DNA of 63,525 bases, filler included, from Kipferlia bialata (Eukaryota), in the NCBI GenBank assembly GCA_003568945.1. It is 6 parts of 6 records of this genome, joined end to end, with 100 filler letters (N's around TTAATTAATTAA, not from the genome) between each part and the next. Parts side by side here need not be neighbours in the genome. Positions count along the whole stretch, not along the records: positions 39,888 to 53,064 come from BDIP01000982.1; positions 53,165 to 57,871 come from BDIP01000997.1; positions 57,972 to 63,525 come from BDIP01001004.1; 3 more parts are not named here. One strand, given 5' to 3'. Under the pieces are notes generated by a model. It searched no databases. It was not told the DNA's origin and worked only from the letters and a program-made list of their open reading frames with translations. Shown here piece by piece: positions 51,451 through 63,525 of this stretch. The stretch's first letter is position 1; every line of letters begins with the position of its first letter. The position numbers and the translations under genes were made by a program.

Positions 51451-51497
<47 letters not shown>

Positions 51498-51560
51498 CAA
51501 TTGAGCAGTGCTGTTATAAATCGATTCACTACTGTCTAGAGAATGGCCGATGCATCTCAC

Positions 51561-52150
51561 CTGACAATGTGCTGGATAGACAATAGAGATATGGACATGC
51601 ACAAACCAGGACCCCACACGATAATAGTAGGCAGCAATAATAGCCTATGGGGCATTGCATAGCATCAGAAAACCTTGAGGGGCGGAATTCTTAGTATGTT
51701 GCAGAGAAATGGATGAATACTGATGAATATGCATCGTCTCACCTTGAGCGGGTCTAGCGTGTATCTGACCCCTGCCCCCCCTGCCCGTATCAGCACAGCG
51801 GAGAGGTGTATACCGTCAGTGACAATGTGCAGGGACCCCTTGGGGCCTGCACTGGGGTTAAGGGGGGAGGGGGGAGTGGGGGTAGGTTTCTGACAAGTCA
51901 ATTGCGAGATATGCTTCCACCATCCAATACCCACCTAGCCCATGCCACCGCCCCCTCTCCTAGCACACTCACACCCACATGCTCACAGGACACCAGTATG
52001 GACACTATCCTCCTGTCTACGGCCTGCACTTGCTGCAGGAGACTGCCCTGGGGGTAAGAGAGAGAGAGAGGTGCTATTGGCCCCTCTTCTCCTGCATATG
52101 GGATGTTATACCTCCTGGGGATCTCCGTTGCTATGCGCTCTGGCCTTCAT
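51561..52150 (-). CDS. Exons of a hypothetical protein, possibly the 5' part of the LRR gene
   Basis: GT-AG-bounded blocks MKARAHSNGDPQE, GSLLQQVQAVDRRIVSIL... and SAGPKGSLHIVTD, separated from the LRR exons by a low-quality poly-G tract. Confidence 0.35.
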
Positions 52151-52648
52151 GAGGCTATATGGTATCCCTAGTACAGCAAGTGGCAGTCTATGGCGAAGAG
52201 AAGTGTATGTCGCGCCTTCCCATACACGACAAGTGTCTTGAGAAAGGGTTCGTTCTAACAGCCCTTTTTGTTTCGGGAACAATCCATACAATAATAATAT
52301 ATGTGTTCCCACAGAGGTTGAATACATCTCCATTTTTGTAATATAAGGCGTCCACCCAGTGACTGGGCATGTGCTGAGGAGCATTGAACTAAATTTTAAC
52401 TTTTAATATGTCTGTGATATCTTTGGTCATGTCTGGAAGGAGAGTCCGGGGTGACCCTCAATCATGAATACAAACAACATCCATATACACTGTGTATGTC
52501 ACTAACTGATTGTCTTACGACTGTGCCTATCGATAGCTGTAGATGACTGCCTTCTTGTACATCTTATGTTTCAGTAATATATATTAGTCAATTATAACCA
52601 TCACTCTCAAGTAGAGTTCTTGATCTATTGTCATGTTTATCAGCATGT

Positions 52649-52976
52649 CTAGCTGTAGAGGTCTGGGATGTCCTCTGCCTTCTTGTACAGTACCTTCTCA
52701 CGGGCCTAGGGGTTAGACATAGACTGAACACTATCGACACAGATATTTACTTCCAGAGAGGGAGGGGCGAGAAGAGAGAGATCGAGATTACCTTGGTGAA
52801 GTCTGCCTGGCTGACTCTCATCCTATACATACACACCTTGAAGTATACACATACTTAGATACTATTACATATAACACACTATATCTATATATGAAGTGTA
52901 CCTTTGTGAAGTCTGCCTGGCTGACCCTCATCCTCCTCTCCCTGAGGGCCATGAGACCGGCCTCGGTGCAGATGGC
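52649..52976 (-). CDS. RPT2: 26S proteasome AAA-ATPase subunit RPT2 (PSMC1), last two exons
   Basis: [43 protein letters not shown], matching the Rpt2 C-terminus with an HbYX tail (LYS). Confidence 0.92.
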
Positions 52977-53064
52977 CTTGGGTAAGGGTATATATATAGA
53001 GAGAGAGAGAAAAAAAAAGACAGCAGGGGGGGGGGGGGGGAGGAGAGAAAAACCCCCCTTTTGC

Positions 53065-53164
53065 NNNNNNNNNNNNNNNNNNNNNNNNNNNNNNNNNNNN
53101 NNNNNNNNTTAATTAATTAANNNNNNNNNNNNNNNNNNNNNNNNNNNNNNNNNNNNNNNNNNNN
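53065..53164. other. Artificial contig linker
   Basis: N-TTAATTAATTAA-N, 100 nt. Confidence 0.97.
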
Positions 53165-53279
53165 TTGACCCCCCGAAACCAAAAACTCCCCCCCCCCCCC
53201 CCCCCTCCCCTATCGCATGTATATTGAGTGTTTGTGTGACTGTTGATAGTGTCACTGATGTTCCTCACTGTAGATACAC

Positions 53280-56266
53280 ATGGACAACGGCCACGACGTA
53301 CCAGCCACCGACACTACGGATAAGGTATGTGCACACAACAATGCAACACTACATACCCTGAAAGCTACGGTGAGTCACCGTCGGTGACACTTCCAGATAT
53401 GAATCATGAGTTGATTCTGTTTTGTATGCCTCGTACTGCAGTCGATGTATCAAACTTTTTTGCAGGCACATCGCATTGACTGAGTGGGGGTTGGTTCTCT
53501 ATATCCAGCCTCTGCTTGTACTTTCGCTATCAGATACACACACTGCACTATGTGTTGACCGTCTCACCACAGGTGTACGGATGTCTCTCGGGACGCCCTG
53601 GCTCCATTGCTGCTGACAGCTGGAGACCCGGCCGTGTGCTAGTGGGTCGTCATGCTGCCACTGTATGCTACATCAGCACAGTGTGTCACATGCTGCTGGG
53701 TATTCCCAACAGCAGGGGTGAGTACCCCCTCCCCTGTATAGAGGGTGTCTCCGGGACAGGCAAGACAGCCTTTGGCAGGCAGTCTCTGTTCAAGGTGATA
53801 GCAGACAGGCAGGTGGTCCAAGAGGTCGTGGCCCACCTCTCTACTATACTCGTGTCTACCCACGGTAGCGTGTGTGAGGGTGATGCTACCCAGGCTGCAC
53901 AGGACCTGGTGTTCTGCCTACAGCACATCCTGCTCTCAGGGCGGTTCATTGCCACCGGTTGTATGTATACACAGGGCATGCACGCTGTTGCTGGGGTTGG
54001 CGATGCCATATGTACCCACTTCGGCAGCCCACCCGCTCCCGCCCATGTCGGATCATTCATTGTCAGGGACAGTGTCGAGAGAGCTGTACGTGCATACCAC
54101 TGTGAACCTGAGCCATTAATACTGTTAGAGCAATGGAGGACCCATCCTATGGTCTGTATCCAGTATACAGACGATGAATTGGAGACAGATAAGGCGTCTC
54201 GACTCCATGATGGTGATACTGACATTCCAAAGTACCTAGAGGGGTCCGAGGTGTCACACTACCAGGTGGCAGAGGCGATTAGCTCCATACCAGCCGCTGT
54301 GAAAGAGGCCCTGGAAGAGTTGCTACCAGAGAAGAAGAGCCAGAGCCTCGAGTCAGCAATGTTTGGGGTACCCTGTAGATTCAGTGACGCCGTCGCACTT
54401 GCTGCGCTGCGTGATGCACGCTCTCTGCTTGGGTTGTGCCCTGCACCAGACCCATGTTTCCCTGCCATTGTATTTGTGGATTACATTCCACCCACGGCGC
54501 TCAGACACACTATTCAGTTTATGAGATGGTGCAGCGGAGCGTGTCTGTTCTGTACCTCTATAGATGGCCCCCTCCATGAAACTGCCGCAGTGGCACAGAT
54601 ATGCCAGATGGAGCTGATCCCACTCAGACTGGGGGCCATCACGGCTATGGCAGCCGCTGAGCGCTTCTTAGACATTCGCCACCACCAGACAGACTATGGT
54701 CCCTACACAGTAGACGGTTTTAGATGTGAGGTGACTGATGCTGAAGAACGCAAAAGAGCTATATGCACACTACTCAGCAGTGGTGGGAGCCCTCTCGCTA
54801 TGAAGCGAGTGATAGCTGAATACAGGAGATGGAAGGAGAGCGAGAGGGATACCCACACAAGGGACACCCATGGGTGGTGGATGCAGAGTGCTGTACATGA
54901 CACATACAGATATAACAGTGTCCTAGAGGCCATTTCTATGTGCGGCATACCTCTCGTAGCCCCTGGGAGTGAGTATGACGGAGACACACTTACAATACTC
55001 CATCCTAAGAGGCCAGGAGTCACTGTGGCTCACCTAGAGACCAGGGTCTTAATGACCCCATACGTGGTTCCAAGCTGCTTCTGTCCACAGCGCTATCTAC
55101 AGCACCGTCCCACCCCATCCCCCAGTCCTATGCACACACTGTGTGTTATGGTGCCTCCCAGGCTCTCGTTCCTGCAGCTTCGGAGTGTGAGGGAGAGTGA
55201 GATGGACATTGACACCATGCAGCACCCATGGGCAGAGGGTAGGGATGGCACAGTGTCAGTGGTGCTATCCAAGTTGTATCACAACATCATGGCAGAGGCA
55301 GTGGGGGTGTATGTGTCTAAGAGTAGCCACACCACCATATTCGACACCCTCCTCAGGTACTGTCTGGTCACGGTGTGGATGGAGAGAGCCCGGTGTGCAT
55401 TGGGGTATGTGAGTGGCACCCATTCACCAGAGGACCTTGTACCTCTCTGGAGGGTATTCGGTCTGCCTAAGATACACCTCCAAGGCCAGGGATGTGCAAT
55501 GGTAGGCACCACCCAACACTCTCAGCGTGAGACTCAGGGTGGCCCACGGGGTGATCCGTATGACGGCGTATACCGTACCTGCAGCGGCCTGACTGACGGT
55601 CTGGTCTTCCCCGGTCTCTCCAGAGTCACACTGCCTGTCCCTGGTAGAGAGACCATACACGCACATAGTATGCATGTGTTGAGAGATTGCTACTGCTCTG
55701 CCACTCTACAGCCAGACGCGCCACGTATCTCTGCAGATCAGCTACCACTTGGCTTCAGTCTCAACCCTAGCACTGCAGGGTGTATCTGTCCTAGCATCAT
55801 ATTCAAGGACGAACATGGACTTGTGGTGGTTACAAGCAATCACACCACCTGCCTAGTGCACCAGTACCTTGTGTGTGCATTGACAGAGACTCTGCCCACA
55901 CTCATCCTGTCAGTCAGCACTGAGAACGATAGGGGCAAGTGCCTGTCCCAGAGTGATAGAGACTGGATATCCATATTCAGTCTACAAGAGAGGCACAAGG
56001 TCATTGTCCAGTTTGTTGCGCAGAGAAAAAGAGAGGGAACATGGTCTGAGGAGATGTGTAATGGCATAATGGCTGCTGTCACGACTGAGAGTGAGGGTGC
56101 TCCAGAGCCTAAGCTAGACATGCTCTCTATCCCTCAGGTTGTATTAGGAGCAGAGGCATATGGGCCAGTGATAGCTGGCCTTGTTGGTACCAGTACTCAC
56201 TCCAAGAGTGAGGGAGAGGGAGAGAGGGACGACACAGAGAGGAGACCTGAGGGTGGAATGTGTTAG
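53280..56266 (+). CDS. Large P-loop NTPase, STAND/Crinkler-NTPase-like, with one 2.7-kb exon
   Basis: Exon 53573-56266 carries LVGR, Walker A GVSGTGKT, Walker B-like AIVFVD and a GxP motif GGSPLAM. A small upstream exon reads MDNGHDVPATDTTDK. Confidence 0.75.
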
Positions 56267-56927
56267 CACAGGTCAATAGAAACACTCCTTTTGAAGTATA
56301 GCCTCACTCGAGATCATAATGCATGTGCAGGTCTCGCCATCTGTCAATTACTCTTTACCAACTCCCAGAGAAACAAGAGTCAAGGGTCAAATCGTAGAAG
56401 TGATACGCTCAGACGCTGTGTCCGACAATCCGATTATCCGACTAACCGAATCTGGACGACACTGTACTCTTGCTCTCTCTTGCCTCTTCTCTGTCCTCGT
56501 GCTAAGTCACTCTATGCCCGACACCACAAATCAAGGTATATACGGGTACCAACGTATATTATTTATCGGATATACTCCTACTGCCAAATATCCTCGTTCT
56601 ACAGAGAAAATCAATTGCATTCATCAGAGATATGCAAATCTCAATATATATCCTTACCACATATTGTATTGTGTTGCTAACTCCTGATTACTTCTAACCC
56701 CAGTTGTGTTTAAGGGCCCATCTGGGAAGGAGACTGAGGTATTCATATTCTTAGTGGTCCATGTAGTGTGATATTGAATAGTCATACACCCTACATATCC
56801 AAACCCACATATGAAATGCACTCCTATCAGTATCATGCATTCTGTTCTAATCAATATGCACTTAACACGATATCACTTCATTCTATCCATTTACATCTCT
56901 CTCTCTCCCCCCCCCCCTGATTCCCAG

Positions 56928-57749
56928 CCCCTAGTCATCCCCACTGGACATGCACCAGAAGGAGAGGAGCTCTCTCTCTCCCTGGGGGTGTCGTGTATCA
57001 AGGGTTGTCGGTACTCACAGGAGGATGCATATCTGCTGGTACGTTGACTTCCCCCCTCCCCCCCCCATAACTCTCTCTATTAGGGAGATGATTAGAGTCT
57101 CTTCATCAAGGTTCCCTGTGATCACCCTGCTACCTCCACCCCCTTGCCGTCTCTCTCCCACCCCCACCTACAAGGAGCACCCCTTCATGATAGATATGTA
57201 TGATACAATACGTTTGCTCTTCCAAGACCTCACCTACAAGGTGCACCCCTTCCGAGGCAACACCGCAGAGTCTCTCCTGTGTGTGTTTGACGGCCATGGT
57301 GGTAAGAGCACTGCCCTGGCAGCTAGAGATACGATGGAGGGGGCTGTCACTGCTGGGTTCAGGCGGTTTGAGAGCACCCACCTCCGCCCACCCACCACCC
57401 TAGAGGAGTACACAGGTCTCTTCACTGAGGTGTTTGCTGGTATTCAAGAGGCCATTTTGGCAACACACACAGTCAACCCCGAGCAGCCACATGTCGCAAC
57501 ACCCGACGACGACGGGTGCGTGCTATTGCCAGTATCCACCTACACAACATTGAGAATATATATATACAGTGTTCACATGGTATATATATAGTACATATGT
57601 CTGACACCAACCACAGGTGTGCCGCTCTCGTCGTATACCGCACTGGTAACACCCTTGTGACAGTGAGTGCCGGTGACTGCGGGGCTGTCCTGTTCACACA
57701 CACACCCTCCGAGGCCAAGCTGATATCAGCCACACACAGTATGACTGAG
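56928..57749 (+). CDS. PP2C/PPM-type protein phosphatase, 3' truncated
   Basis: GCRYSQEDA, CVFDGHGG, DDGCAALVV and VSAGDCGAVL correspond to the PPM motifs; the contig ends before the C-terminal Asp motifs. Confidence 0.88.
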
Positions 57750-57871
57750 GTAGGCTTCGCAGTTGTCTGGCCCACTTTGGGTACATATATATACCATTTG
57801 AAGTACTTCTCTCTTGTCCTTACATCCTTACATATATAAATAATAATAACTTTTCCGTCGGAGGATTACGT

Positions 57872-57971
57872 NNNNNNNNNNNNNNNNNNNNNNNNNNNNN
57901 NNNNNNNNNNNNNNNTTAATTAATTAANNNNNNNNNNNNNNNNNNNNNNNNNNNNNNNNNNNNNNNNNNNN
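57872..57971. other. Artificial contig linker
   Basis: N-TTAATTAATTAA-N, 100 nt. Confidence 0.97.
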
Positions 57972-58140
57972 GGACAGGTACTCTCTCTCTCTCTCTCTCT
58001 CTCTGTCTCTGCGTCACCCCCCCCCCATCTCCATTCCAGCATGTATTATGTAACACCTACTCCACGGCACACATCCCACCACCACCGTCTCTACATATTG
58101 TTATGCTCCTATATCATATTGCTCTGTCTCCCACCACTAG

Positions 58141-60045
58141 GGAGTGGTGCATGGGTCACAACCTGATGGTGGAGGCTGGGCAGACCAACGCTATTGTCAC
58201 ACCCTTCTGGGACACATATGGTGGGTATATACTCTACCTCACCTGTCACTGCCATCTTTAACCCCCGCCCCCCCTCCTCCCTCCCTCCCTCTGTCTGTCT
58301 GTCTCTCTCTCGTTCTCTCTGTCTCTCTCTTCATTTTCGCTGACATCCAGCTGGCGAGTGGTTCTTCTCCTTCAACAGTATCTATTCCCCCCAGCTGGGG
58401 AACAACAGATACTACAGGTATGTGTGAGTATACTCTCTGACGTTACTTTGTGTGACCATCGCATGTGTTCTCTCACGCCCAGTGTGTACATGAGCCCCCT
58501 CCTCATAGAGAACCCACATGCGGTGGCCAGGCACCTCTTGGGTATGTATACATACGTGTATGTATGTATACATGCAGTCCCATCGTACCGTCATTCACCA
58601 ACCTCTAACGTCACTTCCCCTCTGACCCCTAGTCATGCATGATGGCAACAACCTGTTCACACCCACCCTCAAGGGTAACCACAGATGCCCAGACGGAAGG
58701 TATGCTGCGCCCTGTTTGCTCTCTCTCTCTCTATCAAGTACACATCCATAACACCCAGCTGTGCCCCCTTTGGGTCCTGGGACCTAGATGCCACACTGGA
58801 CGACCAGATCACATCAGGTACTGTGTATATGACTATACAACTATAACTATGCCTTCACTACATATCCGCTCAGAGAGGGTTGATGGGTTAGTGAGCTCTC
58901 ACCCTTTCTGTTCATCCTTCCATCTCCCCCACCTTACCCCAGGCACCATCTACAGTGACATCGTTGTGCTGGGTCTGTTCAACACAGGTGGGTGTAATTG
59001 GGATGTATATATGGCGATACTCATTCACAAGAGAAGGACTCCTTTGAAGAAAGGATTAAGTATAAAGTATATATATATATAAGTATCCTCTCTGTCCTTC
59101 TCACCCAGATGATCGTGAGAACGAGTACACATACTCATACGACTTCTCTGAGGAGGCTGGGGGCAAGGGTGACCTCTACCTGTCCTTCATCTCTGACACT
59201 GTGCTGCCCAACCTGGACACCCTGCTGGGGGAGGGGGTGGTGGATGCACCACCGGAGGTACCTGCACTTGCATACAATCTCTCTCTCAATAGTGTGTCTC
59301 TTGTGTATGTCAACCTGACCCTAGGACATTGTCCTGATGGGTTCCAGTCTCGGTGGCCTCATCTCTTGCTATGCAGGTACGGAGGCATACACCCAAGTAT
59401 ATAGTCACACCTAGTCACTGTGTGTCTCTCCCCACCCAATAGGCCTTGCCAAGAACACCAGTGCTGAGGGTGGTCTCCAGTATGGAGGTGTAGGGTGCAT
59501 GAGCTCATCCTTCTGGTATGGCTCTCTCTCACACACATACTCATCCTATCTCTCTATTTTACTCTCTCTCACTCACCCTCTCTCTCTCTCTCTTACCCCA
59601 GGTGGAATGACGAGGACATGTACAATACCATCATCCCCTCCAATGCCTACAACCCCAGTGTGAGGGTGTGGGTGGACAGTGGGAGTGATGGCGACGGGGC
59701 ATTCCAGACAAAGAAGGTACATGGACTTAGGTCTACTACCTATATATGCTGTATCCAATGTGTTCCTTACACATTGGTTGAGACTGCCCTCTCTCTCTCT
59801 CTCTCCCCCTCTCTCTCTCCCATCAGGTTGAAACTGCCCTCATAGCCGAGGGATACTCCCTATCTGATGGCTCCATTGGATACTACCTGGACAAGGGCGG
59901 CATCCACAACGAGGTGTGTGTGTGGTATCCATGTATACTGAGACTCTACTCTGTAGTCGAAAGCTTCTATATCCATCTCTCCTCTCACCCCTAGGACTCC
60001 TGGGGAAAGCGTGTGTGGAGACCTCTTCAGTTCTTCTTTAGCTAA
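58141..60045 (+). CDS. Alpha/beta-hydrolase putative esterase (IroE/Fes-like, bacterial type), 5' partial
   Basis: SPQLGNNR...VY, VMHDGNNLF, DRENEYTY, GGKGDLYLSFISDTVLP, MGSSLGGLIS (nucleophile elbow), MSSSFWW, VWVDSG, GIHNEDSWGKR; TAA at 60043-60045. Confidence 0.88.
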
Positions 60046-60158
60046 AGAGGAGAATAGAGAGAGAGAGAAAGAGAGAGAGATCATCCCATAAATAGTGTAT
60101 TTTGTATACTTGCCAAAAGAAACGACGCTATGTGTATCTATTGCCAAGCCATGGCCAC

Positions 60159-60554
60159 TCAGTCTGACATCTCGCTGTACCCCGAGTCACTGTCCGTGTC
60201 ACTCCCAAGGTCGGTGTTCTCGTTGGTGTCCTCGTTGTCCTCATCACCACGCCTAGAGTAAGTACACACACAAAGATGCAGATATATACATACATGGTAT
60301 ATACACACACAGCCCATACCTTCCGTATAGTGCCTCATTCCTCCCTCTGAGAGCCTCGATGAAGGTGTCCTTGGCCTCCTGGGTGCGCTGACCGACCTAT
60401 AGTCAGTGTGCGAATGAATACACTTACACACAAGGATATACCCTTTCATATGTCTCAGTTACTGCTACCATATACCTGTCTAGTCTTCTTGGGGGTTGCC
60501 TTGTCCTCGTCGTCCTCATCCTCACCCACAGCCTTCAGCTTGCGACCTGACATC

Positions 60555-60585
<31 letters not shown>

Positions 60586-63459
60586 TACATAGTCAAGTGT
60601 ACAGGATATCACAACTCACCCTTGCTGAAGAAGTTGTGGAGGGCTGCGTTGATGTCAAAGCCTCCTGCCGCAGAGGGGGGCTTGGCCGAAGAGTTACCGG
60701 CACTGAAGTCGGTGGACTCCTCAATGCCCCTGGGGTTGGATAGAGTATATAGTATAGATAGAGTGCACATATATATACACTGTGTGTATGTAGACTACCT
60801 GTTGATGCTGCTCTCTGCATCTCTGGTGGATAGCTCAGGGGGAGACATGGGGCCGGAGGAGGGAGGGGGGGGAGGGGGAGGGGGAGGGGGAGGACCTCCA
60901 GCACCTAGGGTGAGACAGAGACAGACAGAGACAGAGAAAGAGAGACAGAGAGAGTAATAGACCGTACCTGGAGGGGGAGGGATGGGTGGCATTGGCATAC
61001 CAGGGGGAGGAGGGGGAGGGGGGACCATCCCTGAGGGGGCCTGGGGGTGGGGGTATACATACATAAAGAGAGAGTGTGTATATGTCAACTAACCTGTGGC
61101 ATTGAGGGTGCAGCAGGAGCAGAAGGGAGAGAGGTGACACGGACGTCCTCGCCCTTGGCCTCCACCACATTCTAAAGGGGTGAGAAAAGGGGTGCAGAGA
61201 GAGAGAGACAATACAGAGGGAAGTAGACTATGAGGCACACATCACATACCTGCATGGTGGGTGCAATCTCCCTCTCTCTCTCTCCACTGCCACCTGACCA
61301 ATAAAGGGGGGCGGCATTGGCAAGGCCTGGGGGTAAGACGTCACACATCTAACTTTACTGTAACAGAGAGTGTGTACATAGTACTACACTATACGTATAC
61401 ATATCCATGCCTGGGAGGTCTGCGGGTGCACTGAACCTGGGTGCTGCACTGACGTCTGGTCTGAAGGACAGGTTGATGCGGCGGAAGTCGAGGGGGAACT
61501 CGCCTGGGGGGTAAGGGTATATATGGTATATATTTTGATACCACGACATGTATTATGTGTTATGCGCAGTAGTATATGTTATGATGCTGCTCACCCTGGA
61601 AGATCAGGGGCTCACTGGCAAAGGCCGCCTTGCCCAGGGTCTCGCCATCATCACACTGGGGGTGAGGGGGGGGGGGGGGGGGGGGGGGGTTTTTAGGGGG
61701 GGGGGGGGTTGGTGGGGGGGGGGGGGGGGGGGGGTATAGGTATATCAACACTAATGCGGACGTACCACGGCGTGTGAGAGGTCGTCCCCCTCGACGGGTA
61801 TGTAGTCATACCAGGACAGCTGGGTGTAAGGGAAGGGAGAGAGAGGAGAGCTGGGTGTAAGGGAGAGGAGAGGGAGGAGAGCTGGGTGTAAGGGAAGGGA
61901 GAGGGAGGAGAGAGTACATAAACACATAAAGAGAGTACTGTCAACGCATGACCAACCTTCTCCCTCTCTCTGTCTGCCATCCCCGAGAGCACCCTCTCTG
62001 CATACTGACTGGCCCTGTGTCAGTATCATCAATATCATACAAAAGTATATAAAATAGACACTGATACTGATACTGATACCTGTCCACGACAATGTCCTCG
62101 GCCTGCTGCCTCTCTCTCTCTCCCTCGACCTCAGCCTCACTCCTCCCCTCTCTCTCTGCCTTCCTCTCCCCTTCCATGGCCTCTATGGCCCCCTGCGCAC
62201 TCTCCCCTACGGCCTCCAGGGCCTGGGCCACACGCCTCACCACGTCTCTCTCTCTCTCCCTAGCTTCCTCGGCCTCATCTAGCGTGGCCTGTGGTGAAAC
62301 AGTGTGAAATTACACCACGCCAGTCTGAGGTGGTATATATATATAGATAGATAGATAGGGTTATATACAATGAGGGAGTGTGCCTCGGTCAGCGTGATAT
62401 ATATACACGGTAAATATATCGTATATATATACGGTATATACCTTGAGGCCGTGTGCCTCAGTCAGTGTCTGGAGCTGCTGGGTCAGGGCTGCCTGGGCCT
62501 CCTTAGCAGAGGACAGCTGGAGGGAGAGGGAGGCAACCCTACGCCTCTCAGTCTAGGGGTCAGTGGGTGGCAGGATGGAAATGTATCACTCTTAACTATG
62601 CTGATGAGGTATGCATCATACCTGGATAACACCCGTCATTGTCTCTCTCTCCCTCTCGTGGACAAGCCTAATGCGCTCCATACTCTCTCTCTCCCTCTCC
62701 CTCTCCTTCTCTCTCTCCCTCTCTGTGTCGGTCTGGGCCTTCTCTCTCTCTCCCTCTATCTGCACTGCCCTCTCTCTCTCCCTTCCAGCCTCCTGCGCCT
62801 TGACATCCTCCATCTCCTGTTCATGCCTGACCCTCTCCACCTCTCTCTCTCTCTCCCCAGCCTCCAGGGTGGCTATCCGTCTAAGAAGGGCGGCATGCTC
62901 AGAGTCTCTCTCCCTCTCCCTCTGCCTCAGGGCGTCTCTCTCCTGCACAATGTCATTGTACCTGTTCACAGCATGGTCCCTCTCCCTGGCCACCTCTCCC
63001 TCCCTCTCTCTCTCCTTCTCTCTCTCCCTCCTGCTTCCAAAGATGAGGGAGGCCGCCTTGGCCTCGGATAGGGCCTGGGAGTCAGCATGGGTACATATTA
63101 CAAAACAACAGAATACAGTATACTATAGTGTGACCCGTACTCTCTCGAATGACTCTGCCAGCGATGTGTTCTCCTCTCTGGCTAAAGCCAGGGCAACGCG
63201 GAGCATCTCTCTCTCCCTCTCTCCCTCGAGCGCCCGTCTCATCTGCACCTCTCTCTCTCTCTCCAGTGCCGCAATGTCCTCTGCCTGTGCATCCCCCTCC
63301 CTCCTCTTCTGCGTCAGAGACAGAGAGAGAGAGTCGAGCTCCTTCCTGAGTATGCGCAGCTCAGCCACCAGGGCGTGGTTGTCTGCCCTGAGCTCATAGG
63401 CGCTCTGCTCCCACATGGAGGCCCGGTCAAACAGAGAGAGGCACGCAGCATGCATGAGA
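60159..63459 (-). CDS. WASH1-like actin nucleation-promoting factor with a long N-terminal coiled coil; 5' partial
   Basis: LSFRPDVSAAPRFSAPADLPGLAN resembles the WAHD end, followed by polyproline, WH2-like DINAALHNFFSKGRKLKAV, central-helix-like DTFIEALRGRNEALYG and an acidic tail ending SGYSEMSD*. Upstream exons are ER-rich coiled coil. Confidence 0.65.
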
Positions 63460-63525
63460 CTGGGGGGTGAGAGATACAGAAAGCGCTTGAAGGGGGGGGG
63501 GGGGGGGAAAGAGGGGAGGTGATAA

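Noticed and set aside
51393..51497. Long poly-G tract (G-quadruplex or poly-Gly/Pro ORFs); similar tracts near 39755 and 61665-61735
   Set aside because: Probably low-quality homopolymer sequence; the derived ORFs are not credible.
57749..58141. PP2C continuing into the esterase exons as a fusion
   Set aside because: Separated by an artificial linker, so they are on different contigs.
62370..63399. Long plus-strand ORFs (233 and 262 aa)
   Set aside because: Antisense shadows of the ER-rich coiled-coil exons on the minus strand.

Overview
Eukaryotic, very intron-rich protist DNA with (TA)n/(GA)n/(CA)n-filled introns and a fused branch-point/acceptor motif (YTNAC-N3-6-AG, typically CTCACCCCAG). 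The style and gene content suggest a free-living fornicate such as Kipferlia (inference only). The window is not contiguous: six contigs are joined by artificial N-TTAATTAATTAA-N linkers. Manual exon stitching on both strands gives a TatD nuclease apparently fused to a flavin-reductase-like domain, Kelch-like propeller genes, a tRNA-Ser 5' fragment, RIB43A, two MFS transporters, a MYCBP2-type RING-Cys-relay module with an in-frame TAG, MSH4-like MutS, histidine ammonia-lyase, an LRR protein, the RPT2 C-terminus, an intron-poor STAND/Crinkler-like NTPase, PP2C, a bacterial-type alpha/beta-hydrolase and a WASH1-like protein. Most short ORFs in the supplied track are intron noise. The most striking signal is that introns are filled with partial 'echo' copies of the neighbouring exon ends, each with its own splice site, ordered donor-echoes then acceptor-echoes. 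These echoes differ from the functional exon mostly at synonymous third codon positions, which neutral intronic decay does not predict.
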